Shown piece after piece: positions 27,149 to 38,432 of a stretch of DNA of 64,000 bases. The position numbers and the translations under genes are program-made. Every line of letters starts with the position of its first letter. Positions within the stretch are counted from its first letter, which is position 1. The notes below the pieces were generated by a model that ran no database searches, was not told where the DNA came from, and saw only the letters and a program-made list of their open reading frames with translations. The stretch lies in the NCBI GenBank assembly GCA_036507075.1, contig DASXQR010000060.1:1-64000 (forward strand), written 5' to 3'. The stretch comes from Acidobacteriota bacterium (lineage in GTDB: Bacteria; Acidobacteriota; UBA6911; JACQSX01).

Positions 27149-28624
27149 ATGTGGATTTCGGAATGCGGAATGCGGAATATATCCAGGTTAAGCTTCGGAA
27201 GACGAGATCGAATCTCTGGCCCATTTCGCATTCCTTACTCCCAAATCGGCATTCGGATACATACGGCATTCCAGAATCTACATTTGGGTCCATTCCGCAT
27301 TCCGCATTCCCAAATCCGCATTTTCGAACAGCGCCTTCGGCGTTTGATTTTTCTTCTACTGCCGAACCTGGCCATCAACGCATCACTCAGTGCCGCCGGA
27401 AAATGGACGGTTGAGGGCTTTTGGGAAAACCGCGGATTTCTTTACGCTGCAAATTCCTGCTCCGGCTGTCCTCACACCGAGGCAGACAGCCATCTTCAGA
27501 CCCAAATACAATATCGATTCGGCAAAAACATCTTTGTTTTCGAGCCCAGCATCTGGATGGACACGCGCCATCAGGTGAGGAGAAACCAGGCGAGCTATTC
27601 CGATCGAACAGACCAAAGGCCGGTTCTTTCGACAAATGAGTTCTATTTGCTGATACCCCTCGGATCCCTGGACCTTCGGGTGGGAAAACAGAAAATTGTC
27701 TGGGGGCGCGCCGACGGTTTCAATCCAACCGATAATCTCACGCCATTCGATTATCTCGATTTGATGGAGAACGAGCGGATCGGCGTTACTGCTCTGCGAG
27801 CCCGACAGTACTGGGGCTCGGCCAGTCTTGACATGGTGTGGATTCCCACTTTCACCCCTACCCGTCTCCCTTTGCTGGCACAGCGGTGGTTCCCATTGCG
27901 CGCGCGAGACCAGGCCCGTGGTGTGGAAGTTCGATCCAGTGTGAAATATCCTGCAACCACACCGGCACACTCGCAGGTCGCGCTGCGCTGGGATGACAGC
28001 CGCAGAGGCTGGGATTACTCCGCGTCTTATTTCTCCGGCTGGAATGACATCCCTGACTATAACATTCAGTTCGCAGTTTCGTCCCGAAGCGTGCAGCTTG
28101 ATCTGGCGAGAAGCTTCAGCAGATTGCAGGTGATCGGAGCTGATTTTGCCGGAGTGCTGGGAGGGCGGGCATTGCGAGGCGAGTTTGGTTTCTTCCGGCC
28201 CGAAAGGAAAAATAACTTACCGCTCATCAACGATCGGCGAAACTATATCCAGTACGCTCTGGGAACTGATTGGCGCTGGGGCGACTGGTATGCAATCGCT
28301 CAGTGGGTAGGTGACAACTCGCTGGGAACTCGCTCCACCTTCGACATTCCGGGAGGACCACCCCGGTTTCCCGACCGGGGCTTCGGGCAGGCGGTCCTGG
28401 GAAGGGTGGAGAGAACCCTGAATTCCTGGAGCAGCGTCCACGTCAATGCAGTGATACGATTTCAGGATGCGGATTTCCTGCTGAAGCCGGAATATCTTTA
28501 TGATATTTCACAGTCGTGGAAACTGCAGGCGGGATTCCTGATTTTGGGCGGGCACAGGAGTGGCTTCCTCGGCCAGTACCATGAAAACAGCCGCATGTAC
28601 ATCAGATTGAAGCAGAGCTTTTAG
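27149..28624 (+). CDS. outer-membrane beta-barrel protein (DUF1302-like); start uncertain (alternative TTG 27344)
   Basis: LRVGKQKIVWGRADGFNPTD motif and terminal YIRLKQSF. The first ~60 codons are heptamer-repeat-derived. Confidence 0.8.
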   Translation: MWISECGMRNISRLSFGRRDRISGPFRIPYSQIGIRIHTAFQNLHLGPFRIPHSQIRIFEQRLRRLIFLLLPNLAINASLSAAGKWTVEGFWENRGFLYAANSCSGCPHTEADSHLQTQIQYRFGKNIFVFEPSIWMDTRHQVRRNQASYSDRTDQRPVLSTNEFYLLIPLGSLDLRVGKQKIVWGRADGFNPTDNLTPFDYLDLMENERIGVTALRARQYWGSASLDMVWIPTFTPTRLPLLAQRWFPLRARDQARGVEVRSSVKYPATTPAHSQVALRWDDSRRGWDYSASYFSGWNDIPDYNIQFAVSSRSVQLDLARSFSRLQVIGADFAGVLGGRALRGEFGFFRPERKNNLPLINDRRNYIQYALGTDWRWGDWYAIAQWVGDNSLGTRSTFDIPGGPPRFPDRGFGQAVLGRVERTLNSWSSVHVNAVIRFQDADFLLKPEYLYDISQSWKLQAGFLILGGHRSGFLGQYHENSRMYIRLKQSF

Positions 28625-28659
28625 TATTCAGTTGTGCCAGTTTGGTACGTGGCATTTTG

Positions 28660-28790
28660 GCCACGAAGGCACGAAGACACGAAGAACAAAGATTGAGTTA
28701 GAAGTGCCGCTTCTCCGACAACCCGATCGAGTTATGAGAAGTGTCACTTCAAAATAACTAGTGATTCTTCGTGTCTTCGTGCCTTCGTGG
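28660..28790. repeat. REP-like inverted pair CCACGAAGGCACGAAGACACGAAG (related motifs at ~23677-23737, ~39278-39440, ~44030-44167, ~61581-61603)
   Basis: The motif at 28660-28684 and its reverse complement ending at 28790. Confidence 0.8.
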
Positions 28791-28820
28791 CAAACTCCAC
28801 TTCATACAGAAGGAGAACTC

Positions 28821-29192
28821 ATGCAGCACAGTGAGGGCTTTTTGAAAATCGTGAATGCTTCGAAGGCGAGAATCAAACAAACCAATGTGGACGAAGTGGC
28901 GCGGCGACTGGAAAAAGGCGAGAAGCTTGTCCTGATCGACGTTCGTGAAGACAACGAATGGGAAAAGGGTCATGCCAGGGGGGCGGTGCATCTGGGCAAA
29001 GGCATCATAGAAAGAGATGTCGAAAGCACCTTTCCCGACAAGAACCAGGAGTTAATTCTGTACTGCGGCGGAGGCTACCGGTCCGCGCTGGCGGCCGATG
29101 CCCTGCAGCAGATGGGCTACAAAAACGTGATCTCAATGGATGGGGGCTGGAAGGCATGGAAGGGTAGAAATCTGCCCACGGAAGGGGACTGA
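28821..29192 (+). CDS. rhodanese-like domain protein
   Basis: SD AAGGAG, LIDVREDNEW..GH, active-site YCGGGYRS and MDGGWKAW. Confidence 0.92.
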   Translation: MQHSEGFLKIVNASKARIKQTNVDEVARRLEKGEKLVLIDVREDNEWEKGHARGAVHLGKGIIERDVESTFPDKNQELILYCGGGYRSALAADALQQMGYKNVISMDGGWKAWKGRNLPTEGD

Positions 29193-29446
29193 GGGATGAG
29201 GGATGGAGGAACGTAGGGATCGAGGGATCGAGGGATGGAGGGATCGAGGGATCGAGGGAGGGAGGGATGGAGGGATGGAGAGATGGAGGGATGGAGGGAT
29301 TGAGGGATACAGATTTCGGCTCTCAGTCCCTCCCTCCCGCAGTCCCTCAGTCCCTCAGTCTCTCAGTCTCTCAGTCCCTCAGTCCCTCCCTCCCTCAGTC
29401 CCTCCCTCTCTCAGTCCCTCAGTCTCTCAATCCCTCAATCCCTCAA
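29190..29446. repeat. 8-bp tandem array GAGGGAT(G/C) followed by inverted TCCCTCA(G/A) array
   Basis: Directly visible purine-rich arm followed by a pyrimidine-rich arm. Confidence 0.9.
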
Positions 29447-29465
29447 TATCCTTTATACTCTCGTT

Positions 29466-30596
29466 ATGCCTTCAAAAACGGAATCGGCCAGCCATCAGGA
29501 ACCGCATGAAGAGAGCCGGAGGAATTCTGAGTTTCTCAGTAAATTAATCTCCAGTTCAAACGACGCTATCGTAACCACGGATCTGCACGGCCGAATCGAT
29601 TTCTGGAGCAAGCCGGCCGAGCAGATGCTCGGTTATACCTTGCGCCAGGCCCTGGGAAAACCGGTGACCGAGATTTACTTTGCCGGCAAGCAGGAGGCAG
29701 AGCGCGTGATGCGGCATCTTCTCAGCGGCGCGAAAGTGCAGAACTGGGAGACCGTATTGAAGAAGGTCGACGGCAGCTCCATTCACGCCAGCATCTCGAT
29801 TGCGCTGCTGAAGAATGAAGCCAGCGAGGCGGTCGGGACGCTGGGAATTGTGCGCGACATTTCCGAAGTCAAGCAACTGCAGGAGCAGGTCCGCAGCTCC
29901 GAGCGCATGGCTACCATCGGTGAGCTTTCGACTCATATCGCACACGAAATCCGCAACCCGCTTTCCTCCGTGAAGATGAACATGCAAATCCTGGCGCGAT
30001 CACAGGAATTGCAGGGCCGCGCCCGCGAGCACCTGAACATTGCCCTGCAGGAGATTGATCATCTGGAGTCGATTCTGTCGGAGATCGTCGATTTTGTGCG
30101 GCCGCAGAAGCTGGAAAAGGAGCAGGCCTCGCTGCGGCAGATCATGAGTGAAGCCTTGCTGATGGCAGAAGATTCTCTGAGCAAATCGGAAGTTGAAGTC
30201 GTTCAAGACTACGATGCAAAGCTGCCGCCGCTGCGGCTCGATCCGGTGCGGATGCGGCAGGTTTTCCTGAATTTGATCCTCAATGCGATTCAGGCAATGG
30301 CAGGTCGAGGAAAGCTTTCTATCGCCATCCGCCCTGCAAGCGAGTCCCGATCGGCTGAGTCACAATCCAGGACCGGCGCTTTTCAAGTGGCTGAAATCCA
30401 GGATACTGGCAGCGGCATTCCCGCGTTGCGCCTTGCTCAGATATTTGAGCCTTTCTTCACTACGCGCAGCGACGGCACCGGTTTGGGACTCACCATCACA
30501 AAACGGATCATCGAAGCGCACCATGGCAGTATCCATGTCGAGTCGGCGGAAGGAAGCGGGACGACTTTCCGAGTCTTTCTGCCTGCCGGCCAGTGA
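29466..30596 (+). CDS. cytoplasmic PAS sensor histidine kinase
   Basis: PAS (SSNDAIVTTDLHGRI..AEQMLGY), H-box IAHEIRNPL, NLILNAIQA and GTGLGL. Confidence 0.92.
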   Translation: MPSKTESASHQEPHEESRRNSEFLSKLISSSNDAIVTTDLHGRIDFWSKPAEQMLGYTLRQALGKPVTEIYFAGKQEAERVMRHLLSGAKVQNWETVLKKVDGSSIHASISIALLKNEASEAVGTLGIVRDISEVKQLQEQVRSSERMATIGELSTHIAHEIRNPLSSVKMNMQILARSQELQGRAREHLNIALQEIDHLESILSEIVDFVRPQKLEKEQASLRQIMSEALLMAEDSLSKSEVEVVQDYDAKLPPLRLDPVRMRQVFLNLILNAIQAMAGRGKLSIAIRPASESRSAESQSRTGAFQVAEIQDTGSGIPALRLAQIFEPFFTTRSDGTGLGLTITKRIIEAHHGSIHVESAEGSGTTFRVFLPAGQ

Positions 30597-31945
30597 CCAT
30601 GCGCGACAAAATCCTGGTTGTCGATGACGATCCTTCCATAGTCCGCACGCTGACGTTGTATTTCTCGGACCGGGGGTTTGAAGTACAGAGCGCCCGCACG
30701 GCGCATGAGGCGCGGCGGCATTTCACCGAAGATGCGTGGGATGCCGTGCTGCTGGACATACGGCTGGCGGACGCGAACGGGCTTGAGTTGCTCGGCGAGA
30801 TACATCGGCAGGACTCCAGTGTCCCGGTCGTGGTGATGACCGCCTTTCATGACATGCCTACCGCCGTCCAGGCGATAAAGCTGGGCGCCTGCGAATACAT
30901 CCACAAGCCGATCGCGCTCGAAGAACTGGATGACGCGCTGGCCAAGGCGCTGGCAATGCGTCAGATGGCCCAGCGAGCCGACCGGTCCTTCGCCAGCGTG
31001 CCATCAGAATTGAAACTGGAGGATCTGGTCGGCAAAAGCAAATCCATGCTCGCTATTTTCAAAACGATCGGCATGGTTTCCAAGAGTAAGACGACCGTAT
31101 TGATTACCGGTGAAAGCGGGACAGGCAAGGAGTTGATCGCTCGGGCCATCCACGATTTCACGGATCCGCAGCAGCCCTTTATAACCGTGAATTGTTCAGC
31201 CCTGGTGGACAATCTTCTGGAAAGCGAGCTGTTCGGTCATGAAAAGGGCGCCTTCACCGGAGCTTATGCGCCCAAGCCGGGCAAATTTGAGCTCGCTGAC
31301 AAGGGAACGCTCTTCCTCGACGAAGTCGGGGAAATGTCGGCTGCGATGCAGGTAAAGCTGTTGCGGGTTCTTCAGGAGCGGATCTTCGAGCGCGTGGGAG
31401 GCACACGGCCGATCAGCACAGACGTGCGAATCATCGCGGCGACTCATCGTGATCTGGATGCGATGGTGCGGCGCGGGCAGTTTCGCGAAGACCTGTTCTA
31501 CCGTTTGAATGTCGTCAACATCCGAGTGCCGCCGCTGCGGGAGAGGCGCGAGGACATTCCCGACCTGGTACAGCACCTGGTAAACCGGATCAACCATGAA
31601 CTGAATCGGAATGTGAGGCGTATCCCGCGCGAGACAATGCAAAAGCTCCAGCAGCATGCCTGGAACGGCAACGTCCGGGAACTGGAAAATTATTTGCGCA
31701 GGGCGGTGCTGATGTCACCGGCGGACATTCTGCTGGAACAGGAGTTCGATCTGTTTCAGGAAGAGCGATCGCATGAGGAAACCGCCGCCGGCCGAAGCGG
31801 CGGATTTGCGCAGTTGGAGGAGGTGGAAAAGGAGCACATTCGCAAGGCGCTCGAGCACGCCCATGGAAACAAGAGCATGGCCTGCCGCCTGCTGGGCATT
31901 TCCCATCCCACACTGCAGAGAAAGATTCGCAAGTATGGGCTGTGA
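30593..31945 (+). CDS. sigma-54-dependent response regulator (NtrC/AtoC family)
   Basis: Receiver domain, GESGTGKE, GAFTGA, WNGNVREL and Fis-type HTH. Confidence 0.95.
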   Translation: MTMRDKILVVDDDPSIVRTLTLYFSDRGFEVQSARTAHEARRHFTEDAWDAVLLDIRLADANGLELLGEIHRQDSSVPVVVMTAFHDMPTAVQAIKLGACEYIHKPIALEELDDALAKALAMRQMAQRADRSFASVPSELKLEDLVGKSKSMLAIFKTIGMVSKSKTTVLITGESGTGKELIARAIHDFTDPQQPFITVNCSALVDNLLESELFGHEKGAFTGAYAPKPGKFELADKGTLFLDEVGEMSAAMQVKLLRVLQERIFERVGGTRPISTDVRIIAATHRDLDAMVRRGQFREDLFYRLNVVNIRVPPLRERREDIPDLVQHLVNRINHELNRNVRRIPRETMQKLQQHAWNGNVRELENYLRRAVLMSPADILLEQEFDLFQEERSHEETAAGRSGGFAQLEEVEKEHIRKALEHAHGNKSMACRLLGISHPTLQRKIRKYGL

Positions 31946-32066
31946 GGAACCTGGCTTGGTGTCTTGGTGGTTGAGATTTTTTTCACCACCAAGGCACCAA
32001 GCTCCTGAACTTCCTTACTGCATGACTAAGATCAATGACGAATGACCATTGACCAATGACCTATTC

Positions 32067-33746
32067 CTACAGATCCGCTCGTGTGATGGCGCCTTCCGAG
32101 GCGGACGACACCTGTGCCGCATATTTGGCAAAAACTCCAGAAGTGTAGCGCGGCGCTTTCGGTTTCCATGAGGCCAGTCGCGACTGGATCTGCTCGGGAG
32201 ACAGGTCAACCTCCAGGCGGCGATTGTTGATGTCAATCACGATCGTGTCTCCTTCCTGGATGAGGGCAATCGGTCCTCCCTTTGCAGCCTCCGGTGCAAC
32301 ATGTCCGATCATCAGGCCTCGCGTGGCTCCGCTGAAACGTCCGTCCGTGACCAGAGCGACTGATTCGCCCAGCCCCTCGCCGACAATGGCAGCCGTGACC
32401 CCGAGCATTTCACGCATGCCTGGTCCTCCGCGAGGACCTTCGTATCGAATCACCACCACGTCTCCCGCCCGCAATCCGTGTGAAGTTAGCGCCTTCATTG
32501 CGTCCTCTTCACAATCGAAAACGCGGGCCGGCCCGCGATGCTCCGTCCGCTCGTGTCCTGCTACTTTGACCACTGCTCCATCCGGAGCCAGATTCCCGCG
32601 CAGAATGACCAGGCCGCCGGTCGACTTTATCGGTTTGCTCACCGGCCGCACCACGTCCTGCCCGGGTGTTTCCACCACATTCCGAACACCTTCGGCCAGC
32701 GTGGTGCCCCCCGCGGTCATCTGCTTTCCATCCACCAGCCCCGCATCGATCAGGCGTTTGACGATAATTGGAATACCTCCCGCGCGATCGACGTCTACGG
32801 CGACATACTTTCCACTCGGCTTCAAATCGGCAATCAATGGAGTGCGCCTGCTGATGCTGTCGAAGTCTTCCATCGCCAAAGGAATGCCTGCTTCTGATGC
32901 CATCGCCAGCAAGTGCAAAACGGAATTAGTAGAACCTCCGGTCGCGGCAACGCCGGCAATGGCATTCTCGAAGGCCTTGCGCGTGACAATGGCGCTGGGG
33001 CGAATATCGCGCCGCTGCAGTTCCATGATCATCTTCCCGCAACGGACGGCAACTTCGTTTTTACGGGGATCGGTGGCTGCCACGCTGGCAGTTCCCAATG
33101 GCGCAAGACCGATGAACTCCATTACCGTGGCCATCGTGTTGGCTGTGAACTGCCCGCCGCAGGCCCCCGCCCCGGGACAAGCCACGTTTTCCAACTCGTA
33201 GAGATCCTGGTCGGTCATTTTTCCCGCGGCGTTGGCGCCGATCGCTTCATAGACATCCTGAATCGTGACGTCTTTACCTTTGTATTTGCCCGCGGCGATG
33301 GACCCGCCGTAGAGAATCAGACCCGGAACGTCCAGGCGAAGGAGCGCCATGGCCGCGCCGGGAATGGTTTTATCGCAGCCCACCATCGCGACTATGGCGT
33401 CAAACATGTAGCCTCTTCCGACAAGCTCGATGGAATCGGCGATCACTTCGCGGCTGATCAGCGAAGCCTTCATCCCCTCGGTTCCCATGGTTACTCCATC
33501 GCTGATGGAAACCGTGTTGAACTCCATCGGAGTTCCCCCCGCGGCGCGCACTCCCTCTTTGACCTTTGCAGCAAGCTGGCGCAGGTGAAAATTGCAGGGC
33601 ATCGTCTCAATCCAGGTGTTGGCGATGCCCACAATGGGCTTTCGCAGGTCTTCGTCGGTAAAGCCGATGGCCTTCAGCATGGAGCGGGCACCGGCCCGCT
33701 GGCGACCTTCCAATATGGTGCGACTTTGAAGTTTGGGAGTATTCAT
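32067..33746 (-). CDS. ilvD: dihydroxy-acid dehydratase
   Basis: [43 protein letters not shown] and TDGRFSG motifs. Confidence 0.97.
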   Translation of the reverse strand: MNTPKLQSRTILEGRQRAGARSMLKAIGFTDEDLRKPIVGIANTWIETMPCNFHLRQLAAKVKEGVRAAGGTPMEFNTVSISDGVTMGTEGMKASLISREVIADSIELVGRGYMFDAIVAMVGCDKTIPGAAMALLRLDVPGLILYGGSIAAGKYKGKDVTIQDVYEAIGANAAGKMTDQDLYELENVACPGAGACGGQFTANTMATVMEFIGLAPLGTASVAATDPRKNEVAVRCGKMIMELQRRDIRPSAIVTRKAFENAIAGVAATGGSTNSVLHLLAMASEAGIPLAMEDFDSISRRTPLIADLKPSGKYVAVDVDRAGGIPIIVKRLIDAGLVDGKQMTAGGTTLAEGVRNVVETPGQDVVRPVSKPIKSTGGLVILRGNLAPDGAVVKVAGHERTEHRGPARVFDCEEDAMKALTSHGLRAGDVVVIRYEGPRGGPGMREMLGVTAAIVGEGLGESVALVTDGRFSGATRGLMIGHVAPEAAKGGPIALIQEGDTIVIDINNRRLEVDLSPEQIQSRLASWKPKAPRYTSGVFAKYAAQVSSASEGAITRADL

Positions 33747-33946
33747 ATTTCTCCTGGAAAGAGATTTTCACCACCAAGGCACCAAGACACAAACAGACGA
33801 GTGGCAGGGAGTGGCCGGTCAGCCCCGCAACATCGCGCCAAGCCCCCAGTTGCATGGCTGACCGGCCACTCCCTTCCACTCGTCTCCCTTTGTGCCTTGG
33901 TGCCTTGGTGGTGAAAATTTCATGCGCGAATTTCTGCAACTAACTG

Positions 33947-34975
<1,029 letters not shown>

Positions 34976-35189
34976 CTAAATTCAAATGCGGAATGTGGAA
35001 TTCGGAATGCGGAATGTAGAATCTACACAAATGCGGAATGGGGAATAGACACAAATGCGGAATGGGGAATGCGGAATTCGGAATAAAAGGAAGTAACCCG
35101 GTTTAGCTTCGACGACCTTGCCTGAAGATTATTCCGCATTCCGCATTCCAAATTCCCATTTCGTATTCCCCATTCCGCATTTCGAACTC

Positions 35190-35741
35190 TCATTCCGCAT
35201 TCCCCATTCCGCATTCCCCATTCCGTATTTCTTCCCCTGTATCCGGCTGTTCCTGCTTTAACAGCGGCTCGCCCCGTGCCATGGCCACACTTCCGGTGCG
35301 AACCATTTCCAGAATCCCGAACGGCCGGAGCAGGTCCAAAAGAGCCTCTATCTTAGCCTCGCTTCCCGTAACTTCAAGAATTAACGTGGTAGTGGTGGCA
35401 TCCACAACCCGAGCGCGGAAAACGTCCACAATTTGAAGAATCTCCGAGCGGGTGTCGGCAGCCGCGCGCATTTTGATCAACGCCAGATCCCGGATCACCG
35501 ACGGAATTTCGGTGACATCGTCAACGCGCAACACATTTACCAGCTTGTACAGGTTCTGTTCCACGCGTAAAACACTGGTTTGATCGCTGTCGATCACAAT
35601 CGTCATGCGTGACACGCCAGGTTTTTCGGTATGACCCACGGTCAGAGACTCAATATTGAAGGCGCGCCGCCGGAACAACGACGCCACGCGATTGAGCACT
35701 CCGGGTTTGTCCTCTACGTAAGCCACCAGTGTATGCAGCAT
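35190..35741 (-). CDS. ilvN: acetolactate synthase small subunit
   Basis: ACT domain VEDKPGVLNRVASLFRRRAFNIESL and EMVRTG. Confidence 0.95.
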   Translation of the reverse strand: MLHTLVAYVEDKPGVLNRVASLFRRRAFNIESLTVGHTEKPGVSRMTIVIDSDQTSVLRVEQNLYKLVNVLRVDDVTEIPSVIRDLALIKMRAAADTRSEILQIVDVFRARVVDATTTTLILEVTGSEAKIEALLDLLRPFGILEMVRTGSVAMARGEPLLKQEQPDTGEEIRNGECGMGNAE

Positions 35742-35774
35742 TAGTTACTTTTTCAGGCGGAATCTTGCTAAAAA

Positions 35775-35896
35775 GTTACGGGTTACGGGTTTTGGGGTTG
35801 CGAGTTGGCCCTGTTCTCTCTGTGTCCCTGTGGTGAAAAAGACCGGCATGGAGCCGCACTGAACTCGGAACCCGAAAACCCGTAACCCGCAAACCA
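35775..35896. repeat. GGGTT(A/G)C heptamer inverted array (also ~39248-39274, 44621-44873, 54087-54370)
   Basis: Runs of cgggtta/cgggttg followed by aacccgt/aacccgc. Confidence 0.85.
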
Positions 35897-35905
35897 GTTG
35901 CGAAG

Positions 35906-37615
35906 TTACGGATCGGCGCCCGTTTCGGCCAGCGGGGTAGGACGGCGGATCATCTTTTCCAAATCTGCTCCGGCAGGAACCATGGGAAATACTGAATCTT
36001 CCTGCTCCACGCAGAAGTCTACAATCACGGCTCCCGAGTCTTCCATTGCCTGCTGGTAAGCTGATGCAACGTCAGCGCGCCTGGTGACTTTAATGCCTTT
36101 AAGACCGTGCGCCTCTGCCAATTTGACGAAATCGGGGTTGCGCAGCGGAGTGGCGGCATAGCGCCTTTCATAGAAGAACTCCTGCCATTGCCGCACCATT
36201 CCAAGGTACCCGTTATTTATAATGGCGATGTTGATTTTGATATTCTCCTGAGCGGCCGTCGAAAGCTCCGCAGCCGTCATCTGAAACCCGCCGTCTCCCA
36301 CAATCGCCCAGACGTTGGCGTCGGGCCGGGCGAATTTTGCGCCGATAGCGGCTGGAACTGCAAATCCCATGGTTCCCAACCCGCCCGATGTAATCAGGGT
36401 CCTCGGCCGGCTGTGCTTGTAGTATTGGGCTTCCCACATTTGATGCTGCCCCACATCGGTGACGACCACGGCGTCTCCTTTGGTGAGCCGCCACAGATCG
36501 TGGATCACGTGTGCCGCGTAGAGGTGGCCCTCATCCGGCAGGCACTGGATATCGCGCACGGCAACTTCACCTTTCATCTCGTTGATGTGAGTTATCCAGG
36601 CGTCGTGACTCTTCTCGGAGACATGCGGTAACAGGTCAAGCAGTCCCTCTCGCAAATCGCTGATAATCGCCACGTCGACTTTGACATTCTTATTGACCTC
36701 TGACGGATCAATTTCAATGTGGATCTTCTTGGCGTTGAGGGCATAGGTTTTCAGGTTTCCGGTAACGCGGTCGTCAAACCGCATGCCGAATGCGAGCAGC
36801 AGATCAGCCTCCTGAATCGCGTTATTCACCCATGCCTCGCCATGCATTCCCATCATTCCGAGATTCAGGGGGTGCGCGGCCGGGATGCCTCCCAGACCGA
36901 GAAGCGTCATGGCGATGGGGGTTCCGGTCTTTTCGGCAAACTGGAGCAGCTCGCTTCCGCTGTTGGACATGATTACGCCATGGCCCGCCAGAATGAGCGG
37001 GCGCCGGGCGCTTGCGATCAATTCAGCAGCTTTTTTCAGGTCCGCGGAAAACGCGCGCAGCTTGGGTCGATACCCTGGCAGGCGCAGTGGTGTTTCGTTC
37101 CACTGAAACTCGGCGCTTGCCTGCTGGGCGTCTTTGGTGATGTCGACCAATACGGGCCCGGGCCTGCCCGATTCTGCGATGAAGAAAGCCTCGCGAATTG
37201 TCTCCGCTATTTCCTCGGCTCTCGTTACCAGAAAGTTGTGCTTGGTAATCGGAAGCGTTATACCTGTGACATCCACTTCCTGAAACGCATCCGTTCCAAT
37301 CACTTTTGATCCGACCTGGCCGGTAATGCAGACGATGGGAATGGAATCCATCATAGCGGTTGCAATTCCGGTGACCATGTTCGTTGCGCCGGGACCGGAA
37401 GTGGCGACCGCGACGCCGACTCTTCCCGAAGCCCGGGCGTATCCGTCGGCCATGTGTGTGGCGCCTTGCTCGTGGCGCACCAGGACATGATGGATTGGAT
37501 AGTCCAACATGGCATCATAAGCAGGCAGAATCGCCCCGCCGGGATACCCGAAGACTACTTCCACTCCTTTTTTAACCAAGCTTTCCCAAATTATCTGAGC
37601 GCCTGTTCGTTTCAT
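35906..37615 (-). CDS. ilvB: acetolactate synthase large subunit, biosynthetic type
   Basis: FGYPGGAILP, RHEQGA, TSGPGATN, TDVGQHQMW, GGLGTMG and GDGGFQM motifs. Start set at ATG 37615. Confidence 0.97.
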   Translation of the reverse strand: MKRTGAQIIWESLVKKGVEVVFGYPGGAILPAYDAMLDYPIHHVLVRHEQGATHMADGYARASGRVGVAVATSGPGATNMVTGIATAMMDSIPIVCITGQVGSKVIGTDAFQEVDVTGITLPITKHNFLVTRAEEIAETIREAFFIAESGRPGPVLVDITKDAQQASAEFQWNETPLRLPGYRPKLRAFSADLKKAAELIASARRPLILAGHGVIMSNSGSELLQFAEKTGTPIAMTLLGLGGIPAAHPLNLGMMGMHGEAWVNNAIQEADLLLAFGMRFDDRVTGNLKTYALNAKKIHIEIDPSEVNKNVKVDVAIISDLREGLLDLLPHVSEKSHDAWITHINEMKGEVAVRDIQCLPDEGHLYAAHVIHDLWRLTKGDAVVVTDVGQHQMWEAQYYKHSRPRTLITSGGLGTMGFAVPAAIGAKFARPDANVWAIVGDGGFQMTAAELSTAAQENIKINIAIINNGYLGMVRQWQEFFYERRYAATPLRNPDFVKLAEAHGLKGIKVTRRADVASAYQQAMEDSGAVIVDFCVEQEDSVFPMVPAGADLEKMIRRPTPLAETGADP

Positions 37616-37846
37616 ATGTTCCGGCAAGGTTTTGTGGACCCTGCGTTAAAGGGTCCTAGAGTATACCAGATGCCCCTGACTCCAAATGTGCCGCGCGCCA
37701 CGGAGCGACCCCGGCACCTCAGCAATTCCTGTGCCGGAGTGACTGGGTCTCCAAAGCCAGGGAAAACAGCAGGTTCAGCGATCCCCCGGCTGAGTCCTTG
37801 CACGAAACGTTTGAACAAAACGTTCCGGCTTGGCCCTATTGCGTTG

Positions 37847-37893
37847 GAAAAAATCGACGCCACCGGGACAAGCCCGGTGGCGTCGATTTTTTC
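37847..37893. repeat. perfect 21-bp-stem palindrome (REP-like)
   Basis: GAAAAAATCGACGCCACCGGG-ACAAG-CCCGGTGGCGTCGATTTTTTC between divergent genes. Confidence 0.85.
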
Positions 37894-37961
37894 GCACGTT
37901 CTAAGGACGTGTTGCCTAAATCCGAAGCGATCCTTTGCCGCTTTGTGATTAAATCCTGACG

Positions 37962-38417
37962 ATGTCAACCAATTCGGAAAAGAGCTGCGGATTCTGTGAG
38001 ATTCTCGATGGAACCGTCCCAACGCCTTACGTGTTCCAGGACCCCGTATCCGCTGCCTTTTTGGACCATCGCCCCCTGTTTCCCGGTCACTGCCTGCTGG
38101 TACCAAAATCTCACTACACCACTCTGACAGATTTGCCCGAAGACTTGCTTGCGCCTCTGTTTTCAAATGCGAAGCTGCTGGCTCGTGCTGTTGAAATTGC
38201 GTTGAAAGCCGAAGGCAGTTTTGTGGCTATCAACAATCGGGTTAGCCAAAGCGTTCCACACTTCCATATCCATATCGTGCCCCGCCGGCGCAAGGACGGA
38301 TTAAAGGGATTTTTCTGGCCACGGCACGCATATCCGGATGCTGAAGCGATGCACAGCGTTCTGCACGATCTTCAGCAGACGGTCAACAAGCTTCGGAACA
38401 GTGCCGGATCACTGTGA
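37962..38417 (+). CDS. HIT family protein
   Basis: CGFC, PLFPGHCLLVPK and histidine triad QSVPHFHIHIVPR. Confidence 0.93.
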   Translation: MSTNSEKSCGFCEILDGTVPTPYVFQDPVSAAFLDHRPLFPGHCLLVPKSHYTTLTDLPEDLLAPLFSNAKLLARAVEIALKAEGSFVAINNRVSQSVPHFHIHIVPRRRKDGLKGFFWPRHAYPDAEAMHSVLHDLQQTVNKLRNSAGSL

Positions 38418-38432
38418 TAAGAATGTGCGGAT

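Noticed and set aside
29203..29547. 114-aa and 80-aa ORFs
   Set aside because: Translations of the 8-mer repeat array. The same applies to ORFs at 35023-35214, 54134-54370 and 55276-55617.
37700..37800. c-di-AMP or TPP riboswitch upstream of ilvB (minus strand TCGCTGAACC..GGAGACCCA)
   Set aside because: Only short partial matches, with the other conserved elements not visible. An Rfam/Infernal scan would settle it.
37847..37893. Bidirectional rho-independent terminator
   Set aside because: It lies between divergently transcribed genes, so it is better explained as a REP-like palindrome.
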